This document shows, in pieces, positions 27,626 through 43,269 of a stretch of DNA of 64,000 nt. Both the position numbers and the translations under genes were made by a program. The notes beneath the pieces were generated by a model that was not told where the DNA came from, made no database searches, and was given only the letters and a program-made list of their open reading frames with translations. Numbering within the stretch: position 1 is the first letter of the stretch; every line of letters starts with the position of its first letter. Location of the stretch: the NCBI GenBank assembly GCA_951406725.2, contig OX597819.1:8060001-8124000 (forward strand), given 5' to 3'. This stretch comes from Octopus vulgaris. Its lineage: Eukaryota.

Positions 27626-30600
27626 ACATACACACAAGCACAGATATATATATATATTTACACGCATACACATATACATATATACTTATGTGTACGTATG
27701 TGCGTATGTGCGTGTATATATATGTGTTTACGTCTGTGAAACTGTTTGAAGCTGTGTGTAGTGTATTTTCTTGTTATATTGCTATAAAGAAAGCCACACA
27801 TATAACAAAGAACGCCGCTACATGAACACCACGAAACAATTATTAATCTATAGAAAAAAATCAATAATCTGCCTGCTATTGTGTATGCTCGCTCATTCGA
27901 TCATATTCGATCACATGTTAATAACTCACTACTGAATGGCAAATGGCTATAGCGATAGGTTGTCGGTCTACCAGTAAAAAGTCTCCTAGTTCGCATACGT
28001 TCTCTGGAACATCGTAATGGTGTCCAATACCAAAAATATGTATTCTAATCAGCACGTTCCAATTTGATTTTGTTGGTATTATTATTGTCAAGCTAAAGGA
28101 GACGAGCTAGCAGATTCGTTAGCACGTCGGTCAAAATGCTTAGTGGCTTTTAGTCCGTGTTTACCTTCTGAGCTCAAATTCCGTCGAGGTCGACTTAGCC
28201 TTAAATCTTTTTAGAGTCGATAAAATAAGTACCTGTTGAACACTGGAGTCGATGTAAACGCTTTATTCTCTCCCCTGAAATTGCTGGCCTTGTGCCAAAG
28301 TTTGAAACCCTTATTATTGTCAAGCTCTAAAACAGATTCGTTACCACGCCGGGTAAAATGTTTAATAATGTTTTGTCGGCTTTTATATTCTGAGTTCAAA
28401 TTCCTCCAAAATCAGCTTTGCCTTTCGGGGCCGATAAAATAAGTGCCATTTAAAAACTGGGGTGATGTAATCAACTTCACTCTCCCCCAAAATCATTGAC
28501 TTTGTGCCAAAATTTGAAACTATTATTATAGTCGAGCTGGAAAAATCGTTAGCGCGTCGGACAAATAACTGGGCGGCATTTTATCCGACTCTTTAAGCTC
28601 CGATTTCAAACTCTGCTAAAGTTAACTATTCCGTCAATTCTCTGGGAGTCAATCAAAATAAGTACAGTGAAGCACTGGGTCGATGTAATTGACTAACCCT
28701 TCAAGAAACAAATAGTTTAAGCTGTGCACAAAAATTGAATACTATGAAATATACATTGGTGACACACGTTTGAGATATTTCATGACATGAGAGGTCGGAG
28801 AATAAAATTTGAAACCAATAGGTCATCGAGTTTGGCAGAATCGTAAGCACATCATTTCTTTCGACTCTTTCTGTTTTGAGTTCAAATTCCACCAAGGTAA
28901 ACTTTACCTTTAACTCTATCGAGATCGATGAAATAGTACTAAACAAGTGCTGGAGTCAACGTAATCGACTTGTCTTTCTCTTCAAAATTGCTGGCGTTTT
29001 CAGAAATCAGAAATAAATATGCCCTGAAGTATATACTCCGGCTTCTTGAATTCTGAGTTCAAATTCCACCGTGGCCTACGTAAGTGGAAGACTCAGCAGC
29101 ACATGGGCCTTTGCTGGCTTTGGCAGAATCCTCTCTTTTGCTTGAGGAAACTTTCCTCTTTTCTTCCCACTAATATTAGAAACCAGGCAAACTCTCAGAG
29201 ACACTGTAGTACGTCCTCACTAAGAAATAAAAATACGACACAAATAGTTTAGGTTGTGCACAAAAGCTAAATACAGTAGTGACACATGCTTGAGATGCTT
29301 CATCAGATGAGAGTTGCAGAAAGAGTAAGAAATCTGAAGCCTCAGGTATTTCAAATTCATTGAATATGTAATGTAGCATTGGATGGCTGAAGACCCTTCT
29401 TTCAGATATATTGATTTCAAATTTTCGCACAAGGCCAGAAATTCGGAGGAGGGTTAAGTCAACTATATCGATTCTGTGACCTGGCGGCGAGCTGGCAGAA
29501 ACGTTAGCATGCCGGGCGAAATGCTTAGCGGTATTTTGTCTGCCGCTACGTTGTGAGTTCAAATTCCGCCGAGGTCGACTTTGCCTTTCATCCTTTCGGC
29601 GTCGATAAATTAAGTACCAGTTACGCACTGGGGTCGATGGAATCGACTTAATCCGTTTGTCTGTCCTTGTTTGTCTCCTCTGTGTTTAGCCCCTTGTGTG
29701 TAGTAAAGAAATATATATATCGATTCCATTGTGACCTCGAAAGGATGAACAGCAAAGTCGACCTCGGAGGAGTTTGAGTCAAGAACGTATAGACGGACGA
29801 AATGCTGCAAAGCATTTTCTCCGGCGTGCTAATGATTCTGCCAGACCACCGCCTACCTCCTTTCAAATATATTTAACACATGCACTCCACACATGCATAG
29901 GTTTAAATAATATAATGACGCACATGTGCACACACATACGCATATACATAAACATATATGTGTGTGAGTGTCTGAAATTTCTTTACTTGTGAAGATCATG
30001 GAAATCTTGGACTCGGTTAAAAAGATATATGACTATGGATTCAGTATCTAATATTTATTCCGCCTTCTAGACTAAACTGAAATCTTTACATATTCAATCT
30101 ATAAATATTCGTGGAAACCGTCCAGAAGAGTTGCAGGAGATTCCGAAGTTGTCTGGAGGGCTTGGTTGAAGCGGATGGCAATGTTATTGAATAAATTTAC
30201 TCATTAGTATTTTAAGATATTTTTATGTAATTTTGGTGAATTTATTTGTTAAAATGAAATGTCAATGTTACTTTCATTTTTGCGTAACTTAGACGACAAT
30301 ATATTCACAACACCCTGTATATTCATCTTTCATCTTTTACTTGGGTCAATCATTACACTGCAGTCATGTTGGCACAACGCCCCAAAGGATTTTTAGCAGA
30401 ACATATCACACTAATACTTGTTTGGTTTTTAAGCCTGATACTTATTCCAGAACCGCTAAGTCACGGGAACGTAAACACACCAACGTCGGTTATAAGGTGT
30501 GGTGTGGAACAAACACGCACATTGCCTAGTCAAGCAACACACATATACATGTACACATATAGGATTAGCTCCTTTCAGTTTCTGTCTAACAAATCCATTC

Positions 30601-30696
30601 CCCTAGCTTTGGTCGACCCAACGCCATTGTAGAAGACATTCACAGAAAGTGCCACGAAGTGAAAGTGAACTCGGCAACATATGATCGGGAAGCAAC

Positions 30697-30778
<82 letters not shown>

Positions 30779-30957
30779 TTTATTTATTTCTGTCATTTGA
30801 CTGCGGCCATGCTGGAGCACCGCCTTTTATCGAGCAAATCGACCTCAGAACTTATTCTTTGTAAGCCTAGTACTTATTCTATCGATCTCTTTTTGCCGAA
30901 TCGCGAAACTATGCATCGGTTGTTAAGTGATGCTGGGGGGACAAACACAAACACATA

Positions 30958-31013
<56 letters not shown>

Positions 31014-31150
31014 TACGACGGGCTTCTTTCAGTTTCCGTCTACCAAATCCATTCACAAGGCTCTGGTCGGTCCGAGGCTATAGTAGAAGATACTTGTCCA
31101 ACGTGGTATGCAGTGGGTCTGAAGCCCGAAATCACACAACCACTCTTGCG

Positions 31151-31188
<38 letters not shown>

Positions 31189-31374
31189 CATACATGTGTG
31201 TATATATATATATGCATATATATATAAATATATGTATAGATACATATATATTCATATACATACATATACATATATATACATATATACATATACATATATA
31301 CATATACATATATACATATATATTCATATATATATATAAACATACATATAAGTGAACAAAGTGTACGTACGCCG

Positions 31375-31421
<47 letters not shown>

Positions 31422-32028
31422 CATATTGTTATATTTCGGAATGGTCATTTTGCCAGTTTAGCCAATAAATATTGCACAACAAATATTTAAACGTATATAA
31501 ATACATATATATACAAATACAAAATTGGACAAGAACGCAAAACATCCAAATAGACGATACAAAAACACGGACGAAGCCTTTAAATCTTCAGTGAAGAACC
31601 GGATCATCCTCGCAATTCCGGCTATGCATATATGGGTACAAGGACATAAAAAAAAAACTTTGAACACAATGAGAAACGAAAACATAAAAACAAAAACATA
31701 GAAAACGAACTGTTTTTTCGAACAACGAAAAAAACAGAGAAACGAGACATGCAACATAAAGAATATTTCTCTTCACCAGTTGTCCCTCTTTCATCTACCC
31801 CCACCCCTTTTTTCGAAGGCAAGGACAATACGCGACTTCATTAAAACAGTCCTTCCCGCAAAGCAAATTAAATAAAATTTGGGCTTTTTTTGCGGAGGGT
31901 GAAATTTGCTGCGAATGATCCCTATAACTTGTTTTAGTCTAGTTTCCTGTTTGCTATGTAGTCTAATTTTCCGTATGTTGTTTTTTGTCGTGTTCCTACT
32001 GTCCTACGCTTGATATATAAATGAAATA

Positions 32029-32116
<88 letters not shown>

Positions 32117-32815
32117 GAGAGTGAGAGATGTCTGTCTGTGAATATGTGTATATTTATATATAAGTAACTATACATTTACGTGTGCATTTATGTATATTAC
32201 ACACACACGCACACACACACACATAGAATATCTATCATTCATGCAACATATTGAGAGTTTATATATAAACTTAATCTGATGAACTTTAATACGCATCGGT
32301 TAGTGTTAGATTAGTCAATGCCGAAACTTAATTATTAGCCACCACCTGTTGAAGCTATTTCAGTAATATTTTGGGTCCACCCGAGAAAGAGAACGTTATT
32401 AAATTAAGCATAGCCGGGTGTCAGTCGGTTTTTGTTTTAGTATTTTCTGGATTGTACGCCCCTCCCCCACAATACTCAAGCGCGCGCTCGTAATTCTTAG
32501 AATGCTTTCTAATAAACAAAGACATAAAGACTCACACACACACACACACATACATATATATATATCCATACATATGCAAACACACACATATCTATGGATA
32601 AACACACACATATATATCTGGGGATATGCATATACATATACCTGCAGGCATAAATGTATATCTTCATACATTGGTGTAAATATGTATATATGTATATATA
32701 TATGTATATAAATATATGTATGTATATATATATATATACAATCATACGCGTACACAGAAACACACGTACACATTCACTCACACACACACATATTCATATG
32801 TATGTATATTTGCAT
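22467..32815 (+). repeat. Copy 2 of the ~10.5 kb duplication
   Basis: Starts with the sequence at 11686 and matches copy 1 through the base preceding the gap (tatttgcat). Confidence 0.97.
25399..25791 (+). mobile_element. Helitron H1 copy (in duplicate copy 2)
   Basis: Same termini as 14623-15021. Confidence 0.9.
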
Positions 32816-33101
32816 ATATAATCATATATATCTGTGTGAAAGAGAAATGAATGCGCTTGAAAATTACATGGACAGATAGTTAGATAGATAGATAAATAGA
32901 TAGATAAATAGATACGTACATACATACATACATACATACATACATACATACATACGTACATACATACTTATGTATATATGTGTATATATAATTTCTCTCT
33001 TCTTTCTCTCTAACTCCCTCTCTCTTTCTACGCACACATACATATATGTGTGTATATTGATACATATTAATTATGTATACACACAGGCACACAAACACTT
33101 T

Positions 33102-33142
<41 letters not shown>

Positions 33143-33396
33143 ACAGACACACAGACACACACACACAGAGAAACACGTACAAACTTGCACATGTATTCAT
33201 AAATATGACTTGTCCAGTGCAATATTCTCACGTGGAATGTTTGTATGATGAAGAAAAGATATTTTGAATGCTGTTCAAGTATTTAACCCCTTTACATAAC
33301 ATATGCATTTTCCAGGCTAAAGATAATTGCTGTTGCTCTCACACCATAGCAGTTACCAGTCAACATTCCGTCAAAAGCAATGATAGAGAATCTGAC

Positions 33397-33485
33397 CTCA
33401 GCTGACCCTCGGCTTCTGGGCCGCGGTCAACGTGAGAAGATTGCAGCTGCATTAATTTCTTTGATCCTCGCCGAAACATTTTGAA
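33397..33485 (-). CDS. Weak candidate upstream exon (89 nt)
   Basis: GC-richer unique island; ttagcAG acceptor and AG|GTCAGA donor; [29 protein letters not shown] ends in phase 2, compatible with the exon at 3230-3364. Confidence 0.3.
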
Positions 33486-33666
33486 CTGCTAAAAACCACC
33501 CCGCATCCCTTAACCAACTTTGAAGTCTTGTGATTCTCTCTGTGTGATGAAAATCACCGAAACATGAAGTGATGCAGTAAAATGACATGCATGTATGCAT
33601 GTATGTATGCATGCGTGTGCACATATGTATGCATTGCCAGAATATACGTATGTATATATGTGTGTG

Positions 33667-33730
<64 letters not shown>

Positions 33731-33812
33731 CACAGGCACATAACTGCATTCATATATACGTACACAAACGCATACATACGTACGTAGTACGTACGCGCGT
33801 GAACATGCGTGT

Positions 33813-33852
<40 letters not shown>

Positions 33853-34073
33853 ATTTAAATACACACACGTACCGGCGCACGCTCACACACATGCATATAG
33901 ATAGGGTTGGAAGTCATAAACTTTGTATCAGTCATGAATAACAATATTTCCAATCTCCTGGACGGTCCGTTTTCATGTCTATTTGGCAGCCATACTGTTT
34001 CGAGTCCGGGCTGGCCAAACTGTTTCATATTCACTCTAGAAATGCTTTAATGAACAGCGGTAAACGAGCAGAG

Positions 34074-34440
34074 TGGAGGCGCAATGGCCCAGTGGTTAGG
34101 GCAGCGGACTCGCGGTTTCAATTCCCAGACCGGGCGTTGTGAGTGTTTATTGAGCGAAAACACCTAAAGCTCCACGAGGCTCCGGCAGGGGTGGTGGTGA
34201 TCCCTGCTGTACTCTTTCACCACAACTTTCTCTCACTCTTACTTCCTGTTTCTGTTGTACCTGTATTTCAAAGGGCCGGCCTTGTCACTCTCTGTGTCAC
34301 GCTGAATATCCCCGAGAACTACGTTAAGGGTACACGTGTCTGTGGAGTGCTCAGCCACTTACACGTTAATTTCACGAGGAGGCTGTTCCGTTGATTCGGA
34401 TCAACCGGAACCCTCATCGTCGTAACCGACGGAGTGCTTC
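34074..34440 (+). mobile_element. SINE family A with a small head deletion
   Basis: Family A match; flanking aaacgagcaga duplication. Confidence 0.92.
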
Positions 34441-34834
34441 TAAAAAAAAATAAAAAAACGAGCAGAATCATTAAAGCGACATTCGTTCCAGAACACTCCT
34501 TCCTGGGTTCAATTCCCGCAGAAGCTCACTTTCTTTCGACGACGATAAAATACCAGAAAGAAGCATCGTATATGAATCTATTCTCATCTGTAGTTTTCTC
34601 TGGATTGTTCTTGTTATTGCTATTGTAATGTGCTAATGTGAATTGATGTTAAGTTATTTAAGTTAAGGGTTGAAGGAATTCATGAAATGCGTAGCGGCTA
34701 GAGCGTGAAATTCTGTGGGTTGAAAACTGAACTCTCGTCGTCGAAAGCGACGGAGGATCGAGTATTACTTTTATGAATGAATAATATTATTTCACTTCAT
34801 TCCCTCTTGAAATTCTTAGTTTCGTGATTATTAT

Positions 34835-34998
34835 AGGCGCAGGAGTGGCTGTGTGGTAAGTAGCTTGCTTACCAACCTCATCGTTCCGGGTTCAATCCCA
34901 CTGCGTAGCACCTTGGGCAAGGGTCTTCTACTGAAGCCTCAGGCCGACAAAAGACTTGTGAGTGGATTTGGTAGACGGAAACTGAAAGAAGCCCGTCG

Positions 34999-35000
<2 letters not shown>
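34835..35000 (+). mobile_element. SINE family B, 5' half
   Basis: Head and body match up to the internal (TA)n tract. Confidence 0.85.
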
Positions 35001-35065
<65 letters not shown>

Positions 35066-35099
35066 CAAATGAAATAAAAAACAGAACACAAAGGATGTC

Positions 35100-35191
35100 G
35101 CGGTACATATGTTTCGAGTTTTATAAAACAACTTATTCTTACATCAATGTATAATCGACATAACAGATAGTTTAAAGCCCTCTTCAGCCGC
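35100..35191 (-). ncRNA. Type I hammerhead ribozyme (PLE/retrozyme-type, palindromic stem III)
   Basis: Minus strand GCGG-CUGAAGA-GGGCUUUA...UAAAACUC-GAAA-CAUAUG-UA-CCGC: intact core, stem I GCGG/CCGC, stem II with one mismatch, palindrome ACAUAUGU, GUA cleavage triplet. Confidence 0.85.
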
Positions 35192-35375
35192 ATACAATTT
35201 CTACGCCAAAGACTTGTATCACATTATGAAAGGTCTGAGAAGGAACATTTGGTATTATTTATAACGGTAGGTAAACTGAGTATCACTGAGAAAGTATGTC
35301 TGTAAATCTTCATAATCAAATAGGTGTACAGGCTATTATTGGACTCCAGAAATCCGTCCATACCGTCCACACACG

Positions 35376-35446
<71 letters not shown>

Positions 35447-35489
35447 ATATGTATGTATATGTATATGCATGTATATATATATGTATGTA

Positions 35490-35699
35490 TTATCAATTCA
35501 AAATGAACAATTAAATTACACCATCTAGAAAATTACAAATAATAGAAATATTAAAAATAAAATAACAATAGTATACCAATGATTAAGTAAATTGCAAAAT
35601 AATAATAAAAACGTATATTATTGTTATTTTATTTTTAATATTTTTATTATATGTAATTTTCTAGATGGTGTAATTTAATTGTTGATCTTGAATTGATAA
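35490..35699. repeat. Long inverted repeat (about 80 bp arms, about 46 bp spacer)
   Basis: 35490-35570 is the reverse complement of about 35617-35699 with roughly four mismatches. Confidence 0.9.
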
Positions 35700-35825
35700 A
35701 AGATGTTTTTTTCTAATTTTTATATATATATTATATTTTGTGAAATTTGATTTAGTATTTCTAAATTGAATTTTTCCCTGTAAGTTAGGAATAATATTCC
35801 CTCAAATAATAATTATTATATATAT

Positions 35826-35880
<55 letters not shown>

Positions 35881-35902
35881 CTCTTATAAGCTGAAATAAG
35901 CT

Positions 35903-35953
<51 letters not shown>

Positions 35954-37327
35954 ATATATATATATATAGCAAGAGCTTATTTCAGCTTGGTCGACCCGGG
36001 ACTAAAGCAAAAGACACTTGTGCAAGGTACCATGTATTGGAACTGAACTCGGGAATCATGTGGATAAAGAAACGAACTTCTTACCACATAGCCGCGCCTG
36101 TCGTCATATATACCTATGTATCTATACATACGTGTGTGCGCACTTGCACGTGTTTGTACGTGCGTGTGTGTGTGCACGCGTGTGTGCACATGCATACTTA
36201 CACAAAGTGTATGTAAATATATATTGCTATATAGACCTTCGAAAATGTAAAAAGTACACGCATACAACTATCTGTGTGTGTGTGTGTGTGTGTGCATGTG
36301 AGTACGTATGAACGTATGGCAGAACATATGGTATCTAATTTATACATGAGTGACACGAAGTATAAAAATTAGCAATCAAGAAAATCAAATTGCAATTGTC
36401 CCAGACAAAGGGAAGCATTCCATATTATATTAATGTTTAAATGTGGTCTTACTTATTAAGCACAAAAGTTATGTGGTATTATTATTAATGATAATGACAA
36501 TTAGTAGCAAAACAATAAATTCTAGTTCTTTCGTAATCGATATTGACCCGAGATGTGAAAAGAAAAGATTTCTTATCGAATTTCTTGTCGCATCATAGAG
36601 CAAGTATAGTGATGAACTAATTGAATTGATACACACACACAAACACACACACAAACACACACACACACACACACACAAACACGCACGCACACACATACAC
36701 ACACACGTACGCACACGCGCACACACACACACACACATAGATACGCGCGCGCACGCATACACATTCACACATACACGCGCACACACGTGTGTGTGTGTGT
36801 GTATAGGCACGCAATGATAACAAGAGAGAGAAAGAGAGAGAGAGTGATAAAGGGACAGGAACAGTGAGAAAGTCGGGAATTATGAAGAAAATGGTAGGAA
36901 GAAGTAGATGATAGAAAGAGAGAGAGAGAGAGATAGAGAGAGAGAGTCAAAGAGGCATAGGGAGTGAGTTATGTATGTTGTTGTTAGGCTCGTAAACATG
37001 GATATGCGCACAAAAACGTGAATGTCTTCTTGAACACAAACGCACTAATTTCCAGTATGACACCCACACATTCATAGACGCATAAACACATATAAATGCA
37101 TAGGTGCGCATACGTAGATAGACAGCCAGCCAGCCAGACACACACACACACGCACACACACGCGCACACACGTTCATGCAAACACAGAGAGGCACGCGCG
37201 CATATTATGTTGGAATCTACCGTTGAGAGTGAAGTATTAGCGTTCAATTTCTTTGATAGACTCGAAGACAAACATATTGAATTATAGGTCCATCCATTTC
37301 AGTTATAGGTCTCAATGTGTTGTTACC

Positions 37328-37392
<65 letters not shown>

Positions 37393-37401
<9 letters not shown>

Positions 37402-37626
37402 ATATTTCGGAATGGTCATATTGCCAGTTTAGCCAATAAGAAAGAAAAGAAGAAAACAAAGGACCACTGATGCGGTCACAGGAGTGTGACGAAAGAACTC
37501 TGGCCGAAATAAGATTAAGATTAATGTAAAAAATAAATAACACTGAAGCAAAATAACACCAAATATATAGTGCGTGTGTTTTTATTGGCTAAACTGGCAA
37601 AATGACCATTCCGAAATATAACAATA
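37393..37626. repeat. 46-bp inverted repeat enclosing a hammerhead-like motif
   Basis: atattgttatatttcggaatggtcatattgccagtttagccaataa versus its reverse complement at 37581-37626 (1 mismatch); the same arm also occurs at about 31423-31467. Confidence 0.85.
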
Positions 37627-37959
37627 TCTGTTTCAACACACGACTTCACATAAAAAATCTTGCGCAACAAATATTTAAACGTATATATATATATACATAC
37701 ATAAATGAGGGCAAAGGAAAAAATTTCTAATGCCAAATATGCAGAAAAATTGGACATATTGTTCATTAACCATATAATTTTTTCACAATACGCACGCTAC
37801 TCGAAAAAAGGTCGATGGAAATTTCTAAAACATTCGACAGAAATTTAAATTTAACCGTTAAAGGTATTTTTTAATATGCTGGCCATTGATAAAATTTTTT
37901 TCGAAAAAGATTTTATCCTACATTAGATATATATATACATACATATATATATAAGGCTG

Positions 37960-38276
37960 ACACTCCGTCGCTTAGTATGACGATGGTACTAGTTGATCCG
38001 ATCAATGGAAGACCTTGCTCGTGAAATCAACGTGCAAGTCGCTGAGCTCTCCACAGCCATGCGCACCTTTCACATAATTCTCGGGGAGATTCAGCGTAAC
38101 ACAAAGTGTGACAAGGCTGGCGGTTTGAATTACAGGAACTACTCATTTTTGCCAGCTGAATGGACTGGAACAACATGAAATAAAGTGTCTTGCTCAAGGG
38201 CAAAACAGACCAGCGGGAATTGAACTCGTGACCTTATGATTGAGAGTCGAATACCCTAACCTCTTATCACGCGCCT
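37960..38276 (-). mobile_element. Diverged SINE family D
   Basis: Colinear with 50503-50824. Confidence 0.8.
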
Positions 38277-38585
38277 AGTATATATATGGGCGTATGTGTG
38301 TGTGAGAGAGAGAGAGAGAGGAAAAGAAACCAGAAAGGGTGAAAAATAAGAAGAAGAGAGCCAGGTAGAGAGGAAGACAGACAGGCAGGAAGGAAAGGTC
38401 AAGTAAAGAGTTAAGAGTGCGCGCCATAATTATTATAATAAAAACTTACTTGGAGAATAAGAAACGACGCGAGGCGTTCAGTCATGTAATAACAATTTAA
38501 TAAATAAAACATATGCATGCATACATACATACATGTACATACCTACATCTATATGTATATATACATGCATATAAATATATATGAG

Positions 38586-39000
38586 TACAGGAGTGGCTGT
38601 GTGGTAAGTAGCTTGCTAACCAACCACATGGTTCCGGGTTCAGTCCCACTGTGTGGTACCTTGGGCAAGTGTCTTCTACTACAGCTTCGGGCCGACCAAT
38701 GCCTTGTGAGTGGATTTGGTAGACGGAAACTGAAAGAAGCCTGTCGTATATATGTATATATATGTATGTGCGTGTATGTTTGTGTGTCTGTGTTTGTCCC
38801 CCTAGCATTGCTTGACAACCGATGCTGGTGTGTTTACGTCCCCGTCACTTAGCGGTTCGGCAAAAAGAGACCGATAGAATAAGTACTGGGCTTACAAAAA
38901 GAATAAGTCCCGGGGTCGATTTGCTCGACTAAAGGCGGTGCTCCAGCATGGCCGCAGTCAAATGACTGAAACAAGCAAAAGAGTAAAAGAGTAAAAGAGT
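38586..39000 (+). mobile_element. SINE family B
   Basis: Full-length match with (GTAAAAGA)n tail. Confidence 0.92.
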
Positions 39001-39532
39001 ATATTCTTGAAATCTTTACATTGATTGCAGCGGAACGTGTATTAGACAGCAATGTTTATACATGAAATTGTACGGAGCAGATATTCTCAAGAACTTAAGA
39101 GGAAGGTTTGCCGGAGAGAAATAAACAATGAGACCTCCAAGGCTGTGAAATGTAACTTAGATTTAAATTTGTGTGAATATCTTATTTTATTTTAGTTCGT
39201 CTCTCGATCCGAGAAAGACGGTTCTATAATTTTTTGCTGAACAACCAGCATAAATGATTTATTTACAGGGAACACGTGTTTGCGCTCACCCCCTCCATTG
39301 CAAGTTCACGGTGTGCCACACGTCACATGAAGTGATCGCAGAGCAACGTGAGATGAAGTGTTTTGCTTAAGAACACAGCGCACTTCTCGGTCCGGGATTT
39401 GAATGCACGATTGCAAACAATACCCTCACCAAATGTCGCTAAAATTTGATGTTATAAAAATTAAATACAATGCCTTTTAGATATACGGACGAAGAGGAAG
39501 ACATTTGTGTTAGCATATGCCAATAGATTCAG

Positions 39533-40968
<1,436 letters not shown>

Positions 40969-41014
40969 TGCATACAAACATGCGCACATTAATACAATAG
41001 TACATACTTTCAAA

Positions 41015-41917
<903 letters not shown>

Positions 41918-42453
41918 CGGCAAAAATATGTATGCACACACACACACACACACACACACAGAGAAACACATACATATATATGCAGAAACACGAACATGCA
42001 TACAGCGTATACATAGAATATAGTTTACATAACTTTCATTACAATAAGAAGATAAAATATTTGTAGTCACAGAAATTGAATTACTGTTTTATTGGAATTT
42101 ATTTTTTTATTTTATTCTACAAATAATACTTTATTAAGTTAGTTATATAGGAATACAGATATTGTACATATACCCAAGTATATGTATACTTATTTGTATA
42201 TAAGTAACACACCATTTGTATATGATTAGCTGCGTAAATCTATTTACAATTTAGCATGGATGTCTGGATGAATAAAAACAACCGTTATCTTACGTTTAAC
42301 TGACTCTGGTTGTGGTTATTCTTTTAGATTTCGATATTGATATCTGAGCACACACGCCGAACTCACACACACATGCACACGTATACATGCATATACACAC
42401 ATGCACGTATGCATACATGTTCGAGTAGGCGTGTGTGTCTATGTATGAATGTA

Positions 42454-42484
42454 TGTATTTATGTATGCACAATAACATACATAT

Positions 42485-42524
<40 letters not shown>

Positions 42525-42741
42525 TTATATATATATACATATGTACACATAAATATATGATTATACATACACACATATAGTTATCGTGATGTATTTATGT
42601 ATGCACAATAGCATATACATACGCGCATATATATATATATATACATATTTATATATATACATATGTACACATAAATATATGATTATACATACACACATAT
42701 AGTTATCGTGATGTATTTATGTATGCACAATAGCATATACA

Positions 42742-42788
<47 letters not shown>

Positions 42789-42850
42789 CTATATATATAC
42801 ATATGTACACATAAATATATGATTATACATACACACATATAGTTATCGTG
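42454..42850 (+). repeat. Three tandem ~120-140 bp units, each with a variable internal (TA)n
   Basis: tgtatttatgtatgcacaata...gtacacataaatatatgattatacatacacacatatagttatcgtga occurs three times. Confidence 0.9.
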
Positions 42851-43018
42851 ATTGTAATAAAGTATGAGATATTCCAACCCATTTGCAAAAAATAATAGCG
42901 CATCATCTCTTTACGCTGTGTAGTATCTGAACTCATTTTCCACCAGTAATTTTCATGCTATATTCACTTTTAGGGATGCTATTAACAAAAATTTGTAGAC
43001 CTTCCTCTATATATACCT

Positions 43019-43248
43019 ATTTCTTTATTACCCACAAGGGGCTAAACATAGAGGGGACAAACAAGGACAGACATAGGTATTAAGTAATTACATCGACCCC
43101 AGTGCATAACTGGTGCTTAATTTATCGACCCTGAAAGGATGAAAGGCAAAGTTGACCTCGGCGGAATTTGAACTCACAACGTAACGGCAGATGAAATACC
43201 GCTAAGCATTTCGCCCGGCGTGCTAACGTTTCTGCCAGCTCGCCGCCT
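43019..43248 (-). mobile_element. SINE family C
   Basis: Family C match; flanking ccttcctctatatat(at)acc duplication. Confidence 0.92.
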
Positions 43249-43269
43249 TCCTCTATATATATACCAACA

